Below, piece after piece: positions 1-8,358 of a stretch of DNA of 64,000 nt; the stretch's first letter is position 1; each line of letters starts with the position of its first letter. The notes under the pieces were generated by a model. It was given only the letters and a program-made list of their open reading frames with translations. It had not been told where the DNA came from and searched no databases. Position numbers and translations under genes: made by a program. This DNA comes from Capsulimonadaceae bacterium (GTDB lineage: Bacteria > Armatimonadota > Armatimonadia > Armatimonadales > Capsulimonadaceae), in contig OZ244065.1 in assembly GCA_965215505.1 (NCBI GenBank), forward strand, positions 2,560,001 through 2,624,000, given 5' to 3'.

Positions 1-888
1 GCGCAGGGTGACGGACAGGATGCCGCCGTTGGCGGTGTCGATGTTGGAGACGTTCTGGAACGCCTGGCTGTTGTTCAGGGTCAGCAGGGCGCTGAAGGAG
101 AAAGAGCTGAGGACGAACAGGTTCTGCGTCCCGCTCGACTGGGCATCCGAGGTGAAGGCCAGGCTGCCGTCGGTGGGGGTGAGTGTCGGGAAGAACTCGC
201 CGTGCGGAACGGCAGTGTTCTCGCCCATCGTGGCCTGGCTTGTGGTAATCTGGAAGGCCTCGCCGCCGTTCACCGAGATGGCCCAGAGGTGGAACCGCGA
301 CGTGATGCCGTCAATACCCTCATGGTTCACGTCGCCGTTCAAAGAGCGGTTAGAGGAGAAGATCAGGAACTTCTCGTCCGCCGACCAGATCGGCGTCAGG
401 TTGGTCGGGATCAGCGCGTTCAGCGGCTGGAAGATGGGGGCGTTAGCCGGGTTGTTGCCCAGGCTGCCGTCCGCGTTCTGGAAGCCGATCAGCGGCTGGA
501 AGGCCGGGGCCGGGTTGTTGACGTCGAAGGTCTGCTCCGCGCCGGGGATGGGGACGGTGTTGCTGCTGGTGGCGTGCGCGCGGAGCGCGCCGGGCCGCAT
601 CATGTCCCGCCCGAGCAGTACCCGCCCGTTCGGCGTCCGTTCGGCCCCGCTGAAGTCCCCGGAGGGCGCGGCGGCGCGGACCTGGGAGGCGTGCATGGAC
701 GCCATCAGGGAGAGCGCCTGCCCCAAGCCGCCCTGCCCCGCCGCCGGGGCCGCCTGGACGCCGGGGGGCATCAGGCCGGCCAGCAGGGCCAGCAGGCATA
801 GGAAGGAAGAGAAGCGGAGAGCGCGCGGAGTTTTGGCCGAAGCGTTGCGTTTGGACGAAGCGTTGAAAAGGGTGCGTAAAGCGTTCAA
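1..888 (-). CDS. Secreted TolB/PD40-like beta-propeller protein, N-terminal part (runs off the window)
   Basis: Not in the ORF track because it has no stop in the window. Manual minus-strand translation from TTG at 888 (GGAGG RBS upstream) gives a signal-peptide-like FSSFLCLLALLAGLMPPGVQA and PD40-like motifs PIWSADEKFLIFSSNR and FPTLTPTDGSLAFTSD. Confidence 0.75.
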   Translation of the reverse strand, partial: MNALRTLFNASSKRNASAKTPRALRFSSFLCLLALLAGLMPPGVQAAPAAGQGGLGQALSLMASMHASQVRAAAPSGDFSGAERTPNGRVLLGRDMMRPGALRAHATSSNTVPIPGAEQTFDVNNPAPAFQPLIGFQNADGSLGNNPANAPIFQPLNALIPTNLTPIWSADEKFLIFSSNRSLNGDVNHEGIDGITSRFHLWAISVNGGEAFQITTSQATMGENTAVPHGEFFPTLTPTDGSLAFTSDAQSSGTQNLFVLSSFSFSALLTLNNSQAFQNVSNIDTANGGILSVTLR

Positions 889-1114
889 AGGGTACAACCT
901 CCCTGGTTGTGCGCGGGGCCGGGCGCGGCGTCCCCCTTGGGGGGTTACCTGGGGCCGGGGCTTTATCAAACGACAGGTGTCATCGAATCGTTAATTAGTT
1001 CGTGAAGCGCGCCGCCGAGGCAGTGCGGATGGGCATGGTGGGGAGGGAACGGCTGCGGGTCGTGTCGCCCGTCGCTCGGGTGTGATCAGCCCCGGAATTC
1101 TCCCAGGGCAATTG

Positions 1115-1143
1115 ATTATAACACACCGCCCGGTTTTTGGCAA
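1115..1143 (-). promoter_or_regulatory. Sigma70-type promoter for the PD40 gene
   Basis: TTGCCA-N17-TATAAT with extended TG on the minus strand; implies a leader of about 220 nt. Confidence 0.65.
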
Positions 1144-1241
1144 TACGATTCTTTATGAATAATTAGGGAATAACGGAAAACTCCCGAAAATATTCTTTTG
1201 TAGCCCAAGACCCGCGCGGCCGGTGCCGACGAACGCCCGCC

Positions 1242-2804
1242 TCATGCCGTCCCCGGCGCGTCTGGGCGCTTCAGGGCGCTTTCGCGGACGAAGACCAGGG
1301 CGAGCAGCGTGCCCAAAGAGACGAGGACGGAGGCGGCGACGAAGGGCGCGATGTGGCCGACCCGGCCATAGACCTGCGTCCCGATCAGGCCGCCCATCAG
1401 CAGGCCCGCCCCCTGGGCGGTGCTGACGGCGGCGAAGACCGTCCCGCGTTGCCGCTCCCCGCCCAGTTCGGTCAGCAGGGCGAGCCAGGCCGGGAAGGCC
1501 AGCACAAAGCCCGCTCCCAAGACGCCCGAGGCCACCATGAAGCCCGCGATGCCCGCGCCGAAGTGGTGCAGGACGGGGATGCCCCAGATGCCCAGGGCGC
1601 ACAGGAGGAAGCCAAGCCGGACGCACCGCGTCTTGCCCCAGGTGTCCGCCAGGTGCCCCGCCGGGACGGCGATGGCGGCGATGCCCAGCATCGGCCCCAG
1701 GACCAGCAGGCCGAAGGCGCTCTCGGACAGGCCGTACTCGTCCAGGGCGAACTTCTTGACCAGGAGCGAGATGCAGCCGATGCCGAGGAACGTCACGAAG
1801 GCCAGCGCGAGGAACTGCGGCACCGTCTTCAGGGCGGCGGCGAACCCGTCCCAGGTGATCGCCTCCTCGTGCGCGTCGGCCTTTGCGCCCTCCTGCGCCG
1901 CCTGGCCCGCCGGGCGGGACGGGCGCGGGCGCACGCCGAGCGAAGCGATGACAGCGATGCCGAACAGGACGGCGGCGAGGATGAACGACGGGTAGTAGTA
2001 CCCCGGCTGATGGCTCGGCGGGACCGGGGGAGGCCCGGCGGGCAGGGCGACCGGGCGCAGCGCGGAGGGATGCGGCAGGTTCGGGTGTGCGAGCGGGTGG
2101 CGGAGGACGCCGTGGATGCCGTGCCCGGCCGAGTGTATCCCGGTCGTGACGCTGTGGCCCAGGCCGCGGAAGGTGTCGCCCAGAGTCGCCTCGTGCGTGA
2201 ACAGCTTGCCGAAGTGGTCGTCCACGAAGCCGCCGACGAGGAAGCTCAGGGCCAGGCCGAGCATGTACACGACGTTCAGCGCGCCCATCGCCGAGCCGCG
2301 CTTGTTTTCCGCCACCACGTCCCCGACATAGGCATAGACGGCGGGCCAGAGGGCGGCCTGCCCCAGACCGTCGAGCGCGCGCAGGAACCCGAAGACGAGC
2401 AGGGTGATGACGGCGGTGGTCGCCAGCGCGTCGTAGTGCGTCGAGATCAGGATCAGCGGCGTGAAGACGGAGATGGCCGCCCCCCCCAGCATCAGGGGCC
2501 GACGCCCGAACTTGTCTGACAGTATCCCAAGCGGGGACTTGAACAGGACCTCGCTGATGAAGAATGGGGCCATCAGGAACCCGTAGGTGCCTGGCGCGAT
2601 CTTCAGCCCCGTCATGAAGTAGATCGGCAGGGCGGAGTTGTTGAGGACCGAGATGCCGAGTTCGGCGCAGGCGGCGATCAGGATGATCGGCACGATTGCC
2701 GCCAGCCACCTCTCGGGCGCGGCGGCAGCGGGCGCGGCGCCGGCGGGTGCCGCGTAGGCTTTGGCACCCGCGGCGTTTTTCGACTGTGGGAGTGGCTGGC
2801 TCAT
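1242..2804 (-). CDS. MFS transporter
   Basis: About 12 hydrophobic helices; MFS motif A GILSDKFGRR and its repeat GHLADTWGKTR. Confidence 0.92.
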   Translation of the reverse strand: MSQPLPQSKNAAGAKAYAAPAGAAPAAAAPERWLAAIVPIILIAACAELGISVLNNSALPIYFMTGLKIAPGTYGFLMAPFFISEVLFKSPLGILSDKFGRRPLMLGGAAISVFTPLILISTHYDALATTAVITLLVFGFLRALDGLGQAALWPAVYAYVGDVVAENKRGSAMGALNVVYMLGLALSFLVGGFVDDHFGKLFTHEATLGDTFRGLGHSVTTGIHSAGHGIHGVLRHPLAHPNLPHPSALRPVALPAGPPPVPPSHQPGYYYPSFILAAVLFGIAVIASLGVRPRPSRPAGQAAQEGAKADAHEEAITWDGFAAALKTVPQFLALAFVTFLGIGCISLLVKKFALDEYGLSESAFGLLVLGPMLGIAAIAVPAGHLADTWGKTRCVRLGFLLCALGIWGIPVLHHFGAGIAGFMVASGVLGAGFVLAFPAWLALLTELGGERQRGTVFAAVSTAQGAGLLMGGLIGTQVYGRVGHIAPFVAASVLVSLGTLLALVFVRESALKRPDAPGTA

Positions 2805-2868
2805 GGTTGATTCCGTGGCTTCCGGGGCGCGGTAGGTAGGCGAAACAGCAAGGCGAAAAGTTGCGCCC

Positions 2869-3933
2869 TTACAACAGGACTTCGTGGCCCGTCTCGGCGG
2901 ACTCGTAGAGCGCGTCCAGGAGGCGTGTCACCAGCAGGCCCTGCTCGCCGGAGACGGGCACGGGCGTGCCGTCGGCCAGGGCCTTGATGAAGGCGCGCAG
3001 CTCGGCCTCGTGCGTGTTCACGCGGGCCAGGAACGCGGGCGTCGTGTCGGTCAGGGTGCCGCTCTCCTCGCGGAAGAGGCGCGTCTTGGCGTCATCGGAG
3101 GGGTAGAGCAGCGCGCCGCCCTCCGTCCCCAGGAGTGTCGTGTGGAACTGGTTCTCGGCGATGTTCGCCGCAAACGAGGACTCCAAGGTCAGCGTCGCCC
3201 CACCCTTGAACCGGATGAAGCCGGCCGCGAAGTCCTCCACGGTGAACGTCTTCGGGTCCCACTCCCCCATCAGGCCCAGGACGCCCTCGCGCGTCCCGAA
3301 CTTGGCGTAGGTCTGGCCCGTCACCGAGACGGGTTCCGGGTGGCCCATCAGCCACAGCGTCAGGTCGAGGATGTGGACGCCGATGTCTATCAGCGGCCCC
3401 CCGCCCTGCTTGTCCTTCTGCGTGAACAGGCCCCAGCCGGGGATGCCGCGCCGCCGCAGGGCGTGGGCGCGGGCGTAATAGACCTCGCCCAGCCGGCCGC
3501 CGTCCACGAACCGCTTGACGGCCTGCGCCCCGGCCCCGAAGCGCACGTTCAGGCCGACCGCGAGCTGCCGGCCCGAGGCCCGCGCCGCCGCCGTCATCTC
3601 CGCCCCCTCGGCCGCATTAATCGCCAGCGGCTTCTCGCAGATGACGTGCTTGCCCGCCGCCAGCGAGTCCACGACGGGCTGCTTGTGGAGGTAGTTGGGC
3701 GTGCAGACGTCCACGGCCTCGATCCCGTCCATCTCCAGCATCTTGCGATAATCGGTGAACGTGTCGGGGACGCCGTACTTCTCGGAGGCCGCGCGCAGGG
3801 CATCTTCGTTGATGTCGCAGACGGCGACGATCCGTACCAGCCCTTCGTCCTGCATCTTCCGGTAGGCCGGCAGGTGCGCGCCCAGCCCGATATGTCCCGT
3901 GCCGATGATCGCGATCCCGATAGGTTTCGCCAT
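2869..3933 (-). CDS. Gfo/Idh/MocA family oxidoreductase
   Basis: GTGHIG Rossmann motif, CEKP, GGGPLIDIGVH. Start set at MAKPIG (AGGA upstream). Confidence 0.93.
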   Translation of the reverse strand: MAKPIGIAIIGTGHIGLGAHLPAYRKMQDEGLVRIVAVCDINEDALRAASEKYGVPDTFTDYRKMLEMDGIEAVDVCTPNYLHKQPVVDSLAAGKHVICEKPLAINAAEGAEMTAAARASGRQLAVGLNVRFGAGAQAVKRFVDGGRLGEVYYARAHALRRRGIPGWGLFTQKDKQGGGPLIDIGVHILDLTLWLMGHPEPVSVTGQTYAKFGTREGVLGLMGEWDPKTFTVEDFAAGFIRFKGGATLTLESSFAANIAENQFHTTLLGTEGGALLYPSDDAKTRLFREESGTLTDTTPAFLARVNTHEAELRAFIKALADGTPVPVSGEQGLLVTRLLDALYESAETGHEVLL

Positions 3934-4053
3934 GCGTGAGTCCTGCTCCATCCGGCGCGTAATGCTTCTGGGGGTCTGTTCGCCGCCTGCGCGGTCTTTT
4001 CCTGCAAGCCGTGAAATATCTTATTGGGGCGGGTAGCGGGGACAAAGAAGGGA

Positions 4054-4077
4054 GGGCGCGGCAAGCGGCACCCCTAC
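4054..4077 (-). repeat. GTAG-type REP-like palindrome
   Basis: Reverse complement GTAGGGGTGCCGCTTGCCGCGCCC; same design as copies at 49783 and 56752-56940. Confidence 0.6.
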
Positions 4078-4208
4078 GAGGCTCGGAGAATGTTACCAGA
4101 TGGTGTTCTCCGAAGCCCCGAAGGGGCGGCCCACCGGCGAAGCCGGGAGTAGACCGGCCCCTCAGGGCCGGGGCGCACGCGCCGGGACGCACGCGCCGGG
4201 ATGTTCCT

Positions 4209-6581
4209 TCACCGCAAGAACGGGTAGGCGGGCGCGATGTCCGCCGTGTCCTTGCGGGCAAACCCGAAGAAGGGCGCGCGGCCGATGGTCCGGTCCGTCA
4301 GGGTCGTCTCGGTGACTCGGCCGCTGGCCCAGAGCGTGATGAACGTCCGGCCGGTGTTTATGGACTGTGACAGGCGAAAGTCGCGATACCGGGCAAAGTC
4401 CTCCCGGAGATCAATGTCGAGCGGCTCCTGGGACCTCCGCAAATGGGACGGGGTTGGAGGAGCGCCGAGGCCGGTAAATGCCGCCTCTCCCGCAGACGTG
4501 CGGGTGGGAGGCACCTGCGCGTAGACGTTCAGCAGGGCGGTAAAGTCGTCGGGGTTTGCCTGACGCATCCGACGGAGCAGGGCGGCGTTCCGGACGGCCC
4601 AGCCTTGCAGCCTCCCTCGCAGGTGCAGAGCCGTGGCGATGCGCTGCTGCCGGGCGCGGTTACGCGCGGCGGGGTCCTCGTCGAGCGGGTCGAAGACCTG
4701 GGAAACGGGAACCAGCGCGCCGATAGGTAGGTTCGGCTGCAAGGCGACATCGCGGAAGGTGAAGTGGTCGGCCGGGCGTGTCACGAACCGGAGCGTGGTG
4801 ACGTGCCGGCTTTTCAAGTCCGAGGCTTGGTAGAGATAAAGCAGGCGGCGGGTCGGCCCGCTGCCGTCCGCTCCCTGGGGGAACGTAGGCAAGTCGGCCA
4901 CCTTCCCGTCCACCTCCACGGCCTCCAATCTGGAGTCATAATCGGGGGTGTTGAAGCGCACCGGGACGGTCAGCCAGACCTGCGTGACGACCGAAGGCTT
5001 CCTACCTGCCAGGGGACCGGCCCGCAGGCCCGTAGTGGCCTTGGAAAGCGCCACCGTTTCGCCGGACGGCAGGCGACGGGACACGCTCCGGCCCAGGGGG
5101 GCGCTCACGAATGTCGTGAACGGTCCGGTACTGACGCGCAGGCCGACGTTGGCGTGCCCGCGCCGGTTGTCGCTTTCCGATGCCGCGACGACCATGTAAG
5201 GCTTGGAGGACATGGCCGCCATGTGCAGCGAGACGTCGCCGGCCCGGTCGAACAGCGAGTTGACCAAAGCCACCAGGGGATTGCCGCCGGCCGTCTTCGC
5301 CGTGCCGCCCAGGGGGCCGCCGTCCGGCGTCCAGGAAACGCCCACGTCGTGGCCGTGCCGATCCACTCGGCTGACGGCAACGAGTTTGAGCAGGGTGCCG
5401 TCGGACAGCCGCGCCGTCCAGGGCGCACCCGTCAGCGCGGCGACGGTCTGGACTCTGGCAGGCGCGGGCCGGCGGGCCGGGTGCATCGCCGCCAGCGGCA
5501 GGACCAGGACGGGGCCGGCGAGGGCGGCCAAAATTAGCCCGCGCCGCGTCACGCCGCCCCGGCTCTTCGGGTGCGCCAGGATGGTCTGGAGCCGGCCCGC
5601 GATCTCCCGATTCCGGGCCATCGTCACGGCGGCGGGAAACCGGCCACCCCGGCGGGGCAGGGCGCGGACGATCTCCAGCAGGTGATCGGCATAGTCGGGG
5701 GCCGGGACGCCGCACAGGAGTACCCGGTCGTCACACGCCTCTTCGGCCTCGGCCCGGACGCGACGGGCGGCAAGCCAGACGAGCGGGTGGAACCAGTAGA
5801 GCGCGCAGACGGTCTGGGCCAGGAGGAGCGAGGCCCAGTCGCCGCGCCCGATGTGGGCCATCTCATGCAGCAGGACCGCGCGCAGGCGGCCGGCGGGCCA
5901 GTCCGATGCGCTTGGCGGCAGCAGGACGACGGGGCGGAGGTGGCCGAAGGTCATCGGCACGGCGACGGCCTGCCGGTTTGCAGTATCTTGCCGCAAACGG
6001 ACGGGTCGGGTAAGCCCCAGCGCCCGCCGCGCCTCCCCGGCGGCCTCGGCGAGCGGCCCCGTGCAAACCGGGACACACCCACGGATCAGGCGGCGGGCGG
6101 AAGCGAGGCCGAGGGCGAGCCGGCCCAGTACGACTCCGACGCCCAGCACCCAGAGCAAGGCAGGCCAGGTGGCCGGGTCGGGCCGGACGGCGCGGACGGG
6201 GACGGCCTCGGCGGGCAAAGGCTGGCTTGCAGTCGCTCGGTCAGTTTGGCTCTCCAGGGAATGCGCCGGAAGTTGGGCCGCCGGTCGGCCTGTCAGGAAG
6301 AGCGCGCTTCCGCCCGTCATGCTCTGCACAGGCAGGAGGGGGCGCGGCGGGGACGCATCGGCAGGCAGGACGGGGAGCGTCCGGCCGGGGAGCCAGAGGC
6401 AGAGGGCGGGCAGGAAAAGCAGCGTGACGAACGCGGAAAGCCAGAGCGCGTGGCGGGCGGCGGCAGACCGGCGGCGCAGCACAAGGGCGGCCAGTGCCGC
6501 CACCGCGAACACGAACAGGCTCTTCCAGAACACGTCCAGCAGCAGCGGCGCAACGTGCAGGATTTGGGAGGGGGTTTCCAT
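4209..6581 (-). CDS. BlaR1/MecR1-type M56 metallopeptidase with unknown C-terminal extracytoplasmic domain
   Basis: N-terminal TM helices (SAAARHALW), PMTFG, HEMAH zinc motif, WFHPLVW, EEACD; directly downstream of BlaI. Confidence 0.92.
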   Translation of the reverse strand: METPSQILHVAPLLLDVFWKSLFVFAVAALAALVLRRRSAAARHALWLSAFVTLLFLPALCLWLPGRTLPVLPADASPPRPLLPVQSMTGGSALFLTGRPAAQLPAHSLESQTDRATASQPLPAEAVPVRAVRPDPATWPALLWVLGVGVVLGRLALGLASARRLIRGCVPVCTGPLAEAAGEARRALGLTRPVRLRQDTANRQAVAVPMTFGHLRPVVLLPPSASDWPAGRLRAVLLHEMAHIGRGDWASLLLAQTVCALYWFHPLVWLAARRVRAEAEEACDDRVLLCGVPAPDYADHLLEIVRALPRRGGRFPAAVTMARNREIAGRLQTILAHPKSRGGVTRRGLILAALAGPVLVLPLAAMHPARRPAPARVQTVAALTGAPWTARLSDGTLLKLVAVSRVDRHGHDVGVSWTPDGGPLGGTAKTAGGNPLVALVNSLFDRAGDVSLHMAAMSSKPYMVVAASESDNRRGHANVGLRVSTGPFTTFVSAPLGRSVSRRLPSGETVALSKATTGLRAGPLAGRKPSVVTQVWLTVPVRFNTPDYDSRLEAVEVDGKVADLPTFPQGADGSGPTRRLLYLYQASDLKSRHVTTLRFVTRPADHFTFRDVALQPNLPIGALVPVSQVFDPLDEDPAARNRARQQRIATALHLRGRLQGWAVRNAALLRRMRQANPDDFTALLNVYAQVPPTRTSAGEAAFTGLGAPPTPSHLRRSQEPLDIDLREDFARYRDFRLSQSINTGRTFITLWASGRVTETTLTDRTIGRAPFFGFARKDTADIAPAYPFLR

Positions 6582-6593
6582 CGGGGTTCTCCT

Positions 6594-7007
6594 TCAGGCG
6601 TCCGGGTCCGGGTTTCCAGGCTGATCGCCGGGGCGGTGCGCGTCAATCATGGCCTTGAGCCGGTCCAGCTCCTCGGGGGCCAGGTCGCCGGCTTTGACCG
6701 ACAGCAGGGTGGCGACGACCGCCTCCGCCGAGTCATCGAAGAATGTTTGCAGCAGACGCACCAGGGCCAAGCGGGCGGCGGCGGGACGCGCTTTGGTCGG
6801 GCGGTACAGGAACCGGCCATTCTCCTCCGTGTGCGTCAGGTGCCCTTTGCCTTCCAGGATGCGGAGGTGGGTGCGGACGGAGGAGTTACTGAGGGGGTCC
6901 GGCAGCCCGGCCATGACCTCGGCCACGTCTGTCTGCTCCTGCCGGTAAATGACCTCCATGATCTGCTGCTCGCGCCTCGTCAGGTAATTGCCTGCTTTTT
7001 TCGACAT
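6594..7007 (-). CDS. BlaI/MecI/CopY family transcriptional repressor
   Basis: LTRREQQIMEVIY...SVRTHLRILEGKG...FFDDS winged-helix pattern; paired with M56. Confidence 0.93.
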   Translation of the reverse strand: MSKKAGNYLTRREQQIMEVIYRQEQTDVAEVMAGLPDPLSNSSVRTHLRILEGKGHLTHTEENGRFLYRPTKARPAAARLALVRLLQTFFDDSAEAVVATLLSVKAGDLAPEELDRLKAMIDAHRPGDQPGNPDPDA

Positions 7008-7026
7008 CGGCTCTGCCCTCCCGATC

Positions 7027-7087
7027 TATGTTAATAATTTAACATATTCGCGAGGCGTTTGTCAAGCGCAGACGTTAATTTTTTAAC
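7027..7087 (-). promoter_or_regulatory. blaI promoter with two palindromic operators
   Basis: TATGTTAA-TAAT-TTAACATA (7027-7046) and GTTAA-TTTT-TTAAC (7074-7087) flank TTGACA (7065-7060). The -10 TAAATT (7041-7036) lies inside operator 1. Confidence 0.75.
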
Positions 7088-7127
7088 AGTTTTTTTCAGG
7101 CGGGGAGGGCAGCCGCCCGGCCCCGCA

Positions 7128-7331
7128 TCATTTCAGGAACGTCGTCTTCAGGATGTCCCAGAGCAGCCCGAGGGCGGAGATCAGGAACCGCCAGAAGTCC
7201 CAGTCCTTCAGGCACGGCATGGCGCGGGGCGACCGGGGCGGGCGGCCCGGCTCGGTCTGCCTCACTTCAGTCAGCTTCGGCTCGGTTTGCTTGACCTCGG
7301 GAGGCTTCAGCTCGGTCTGTGGTATACTCAT
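7128..7331 (-). CDS. Small 67-aa protein with QTE repeats and a C-terminal hydrophobic helix
   Basis: Purine-rich RBS-like AAAGGGTGAG upstream, GC-rich codon usage, C-terminal FWRFLISALGLLWDILK; GC-rich hairpin just downstream. Confidence 0.55.
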   Translation of the reverse strand: MSIPQTELKPPEVKQTEPKLTEVRQTEPGRPPRSPRAMPCLKDWDFWRFLISALGLLWDILKTTFLK

Positions 7332-7426
7332 CTCGTCTCACCCTTTCGTGGTGATTTCGGGGGGACATGCCGCCGATTTCCACGTCGCCAGCTGTCCCCA
7401 TCCTCTCAGTCTGCGTAGCACCTAGT

Positions 7427-7440
7427 CAAACATATGTTTG
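7427..7440. promoter_or_regulatory. Perfect 14-bp palindrome CAAACATATGTTTG (operator candidate)
   Basis: Lies just downstream of an extended -10 (TGGTATATT, 7461-7453, minus strand) that points toward the 67-aa gene. Confidence 0.5.
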
Positions 7441-7496
7441 CTCTGCCACAATAATATACCACACATAGTAGACATTTTATTCACGCAGTCGGCACG

Positions 7497-7522
7497 AAAA
7501 AAGCGGGGGATTTCTTCCCCGC
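7497..7522 (-). terminator. Rho-independent terminator
   Basis: GCGGGG-loop-CCCCGC followed by T6 on the minus strand, downstream of the ParE-like gene. Confidence 0.65.
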
Positions 7523-7606
7523 CATTCACCGCGGCGTTACATCAGTCAGGACTATGTTCACACTCAGCAGCGGCCTAGACTGGGCGTCTGCGGGTATCAA
7601 AAAGCA

Positions 7607-7985
7607 CTATTCGGCGGGGTCATCAGGGATGAGGGGCTGGGCACCATGCAGCAGGCGCAGCAGGAAGATCACGGACTCGGCAGTTTCTGGTGGGTCGTCT
7701 GGGTCGGGCGGCAGGATCGTGAAGAGGATGGGGACGGGCGTCCCCGACCGCCGCTTGGTCGGCCCGTAATACAGCATCCTTCGTACCTCGCGGCCGTAGT
7801 AGGCCGACACCTCTTCCTCGCGGGCGTGGGAGATGGGGGCCGGGGAACCCTGTGAGTTCCTGGAGCGCCCTCTCAAGATCCGCCTCCCACCGTGCTGCAA
7901 ATTCCGGGCTGCGGCGATCATTGAAAACATTTATCCGTTCGAGGTCTGCGTCCGCCGGGTCGCTGGAGAGAACGGCATAGTTCAA
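7607..7985 (-). pseudogene. RelE/ParE family toxin, frameshifted
   Basis: The N-half (MNYAVLSSDPADADLERI...LTGFPGP) and C-half (SHAREEE...VIFLLRLLHGAQ) are in different frames. Removing one base from the G5 run at 7835-7839 gives one 125-aa ParE-like protein. Confidence 0.75.
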
Positions 7986-8311
7986 AGCAGCCCCTCGCGC
8001 TCTATTTCCATGCGGACCTGTGGGTCCATGGCGGCAACGATGCGCTCGGCATCATCCGCCAGCTCATCGCGCGTCATATGGGATAAGTCGGCAAAGCCGT
8101 ACTTCAAGCGCATCCGTTCGTGTGACTCGGCCAGCGTGTGGCGCGGGCCGTCCAGCATCACCTGCATCTCGGCCCGGCCTCTTGCTTCCCGCTCCCAGCG
8201 GCGGACGGTTTCGGCAAGGGCATCGGCGACGAGCGCGTCAAGGTCGCCGTCCTTGTCGCGCAAGGCCCGCAGCCGGGTCGCCAGTGCATCATCGATGGTC
8301 ACGGTGGTCAT
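7982..8311 (-). CDS. Putative antitoxin
   Basis: RHH-like N-terminus MTTVTIDDALATRLR; ATGA overlap with the toxin; GGAGG RBS. Confidence 0.7.
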   Translation of the reverse strand: MTTVTIDDALATRLRALRDKDGDLDALVADALAETVRRWEREARGRAEMQVMLDGPRHTLAESHERMRLKYGFADLSHMTRDELADDAERIVAAMDPQVRMEIEREGLL

Positions 8312-8358
8312 GGAAGCCTCCCCTAGTTCAATCCCATCCTAACTGTGTTGAGTATACC

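Noticed and set aside
8-994. 328-aa plus-strand ORF
   Set aside because: Antisense shadow of the minus-strand PD40 gene.
889-1108. Riboswitch in the long leader (AGGTAACCCCCCAAGGGGACGC loosely recalls c-di-GMP-I)
   Set aside because: Lacks the GCAAAC, GNRA-loop and GCAAAGC elements; an Infernal search would be needed to support it.
7526-7594. Possible gene-tail remnant (PADAQSRPLLSVNIVLTDVTPR*) before the 7497 terminator
   Set aside because: No matching sequence elsewhere in the window and too short to assign.
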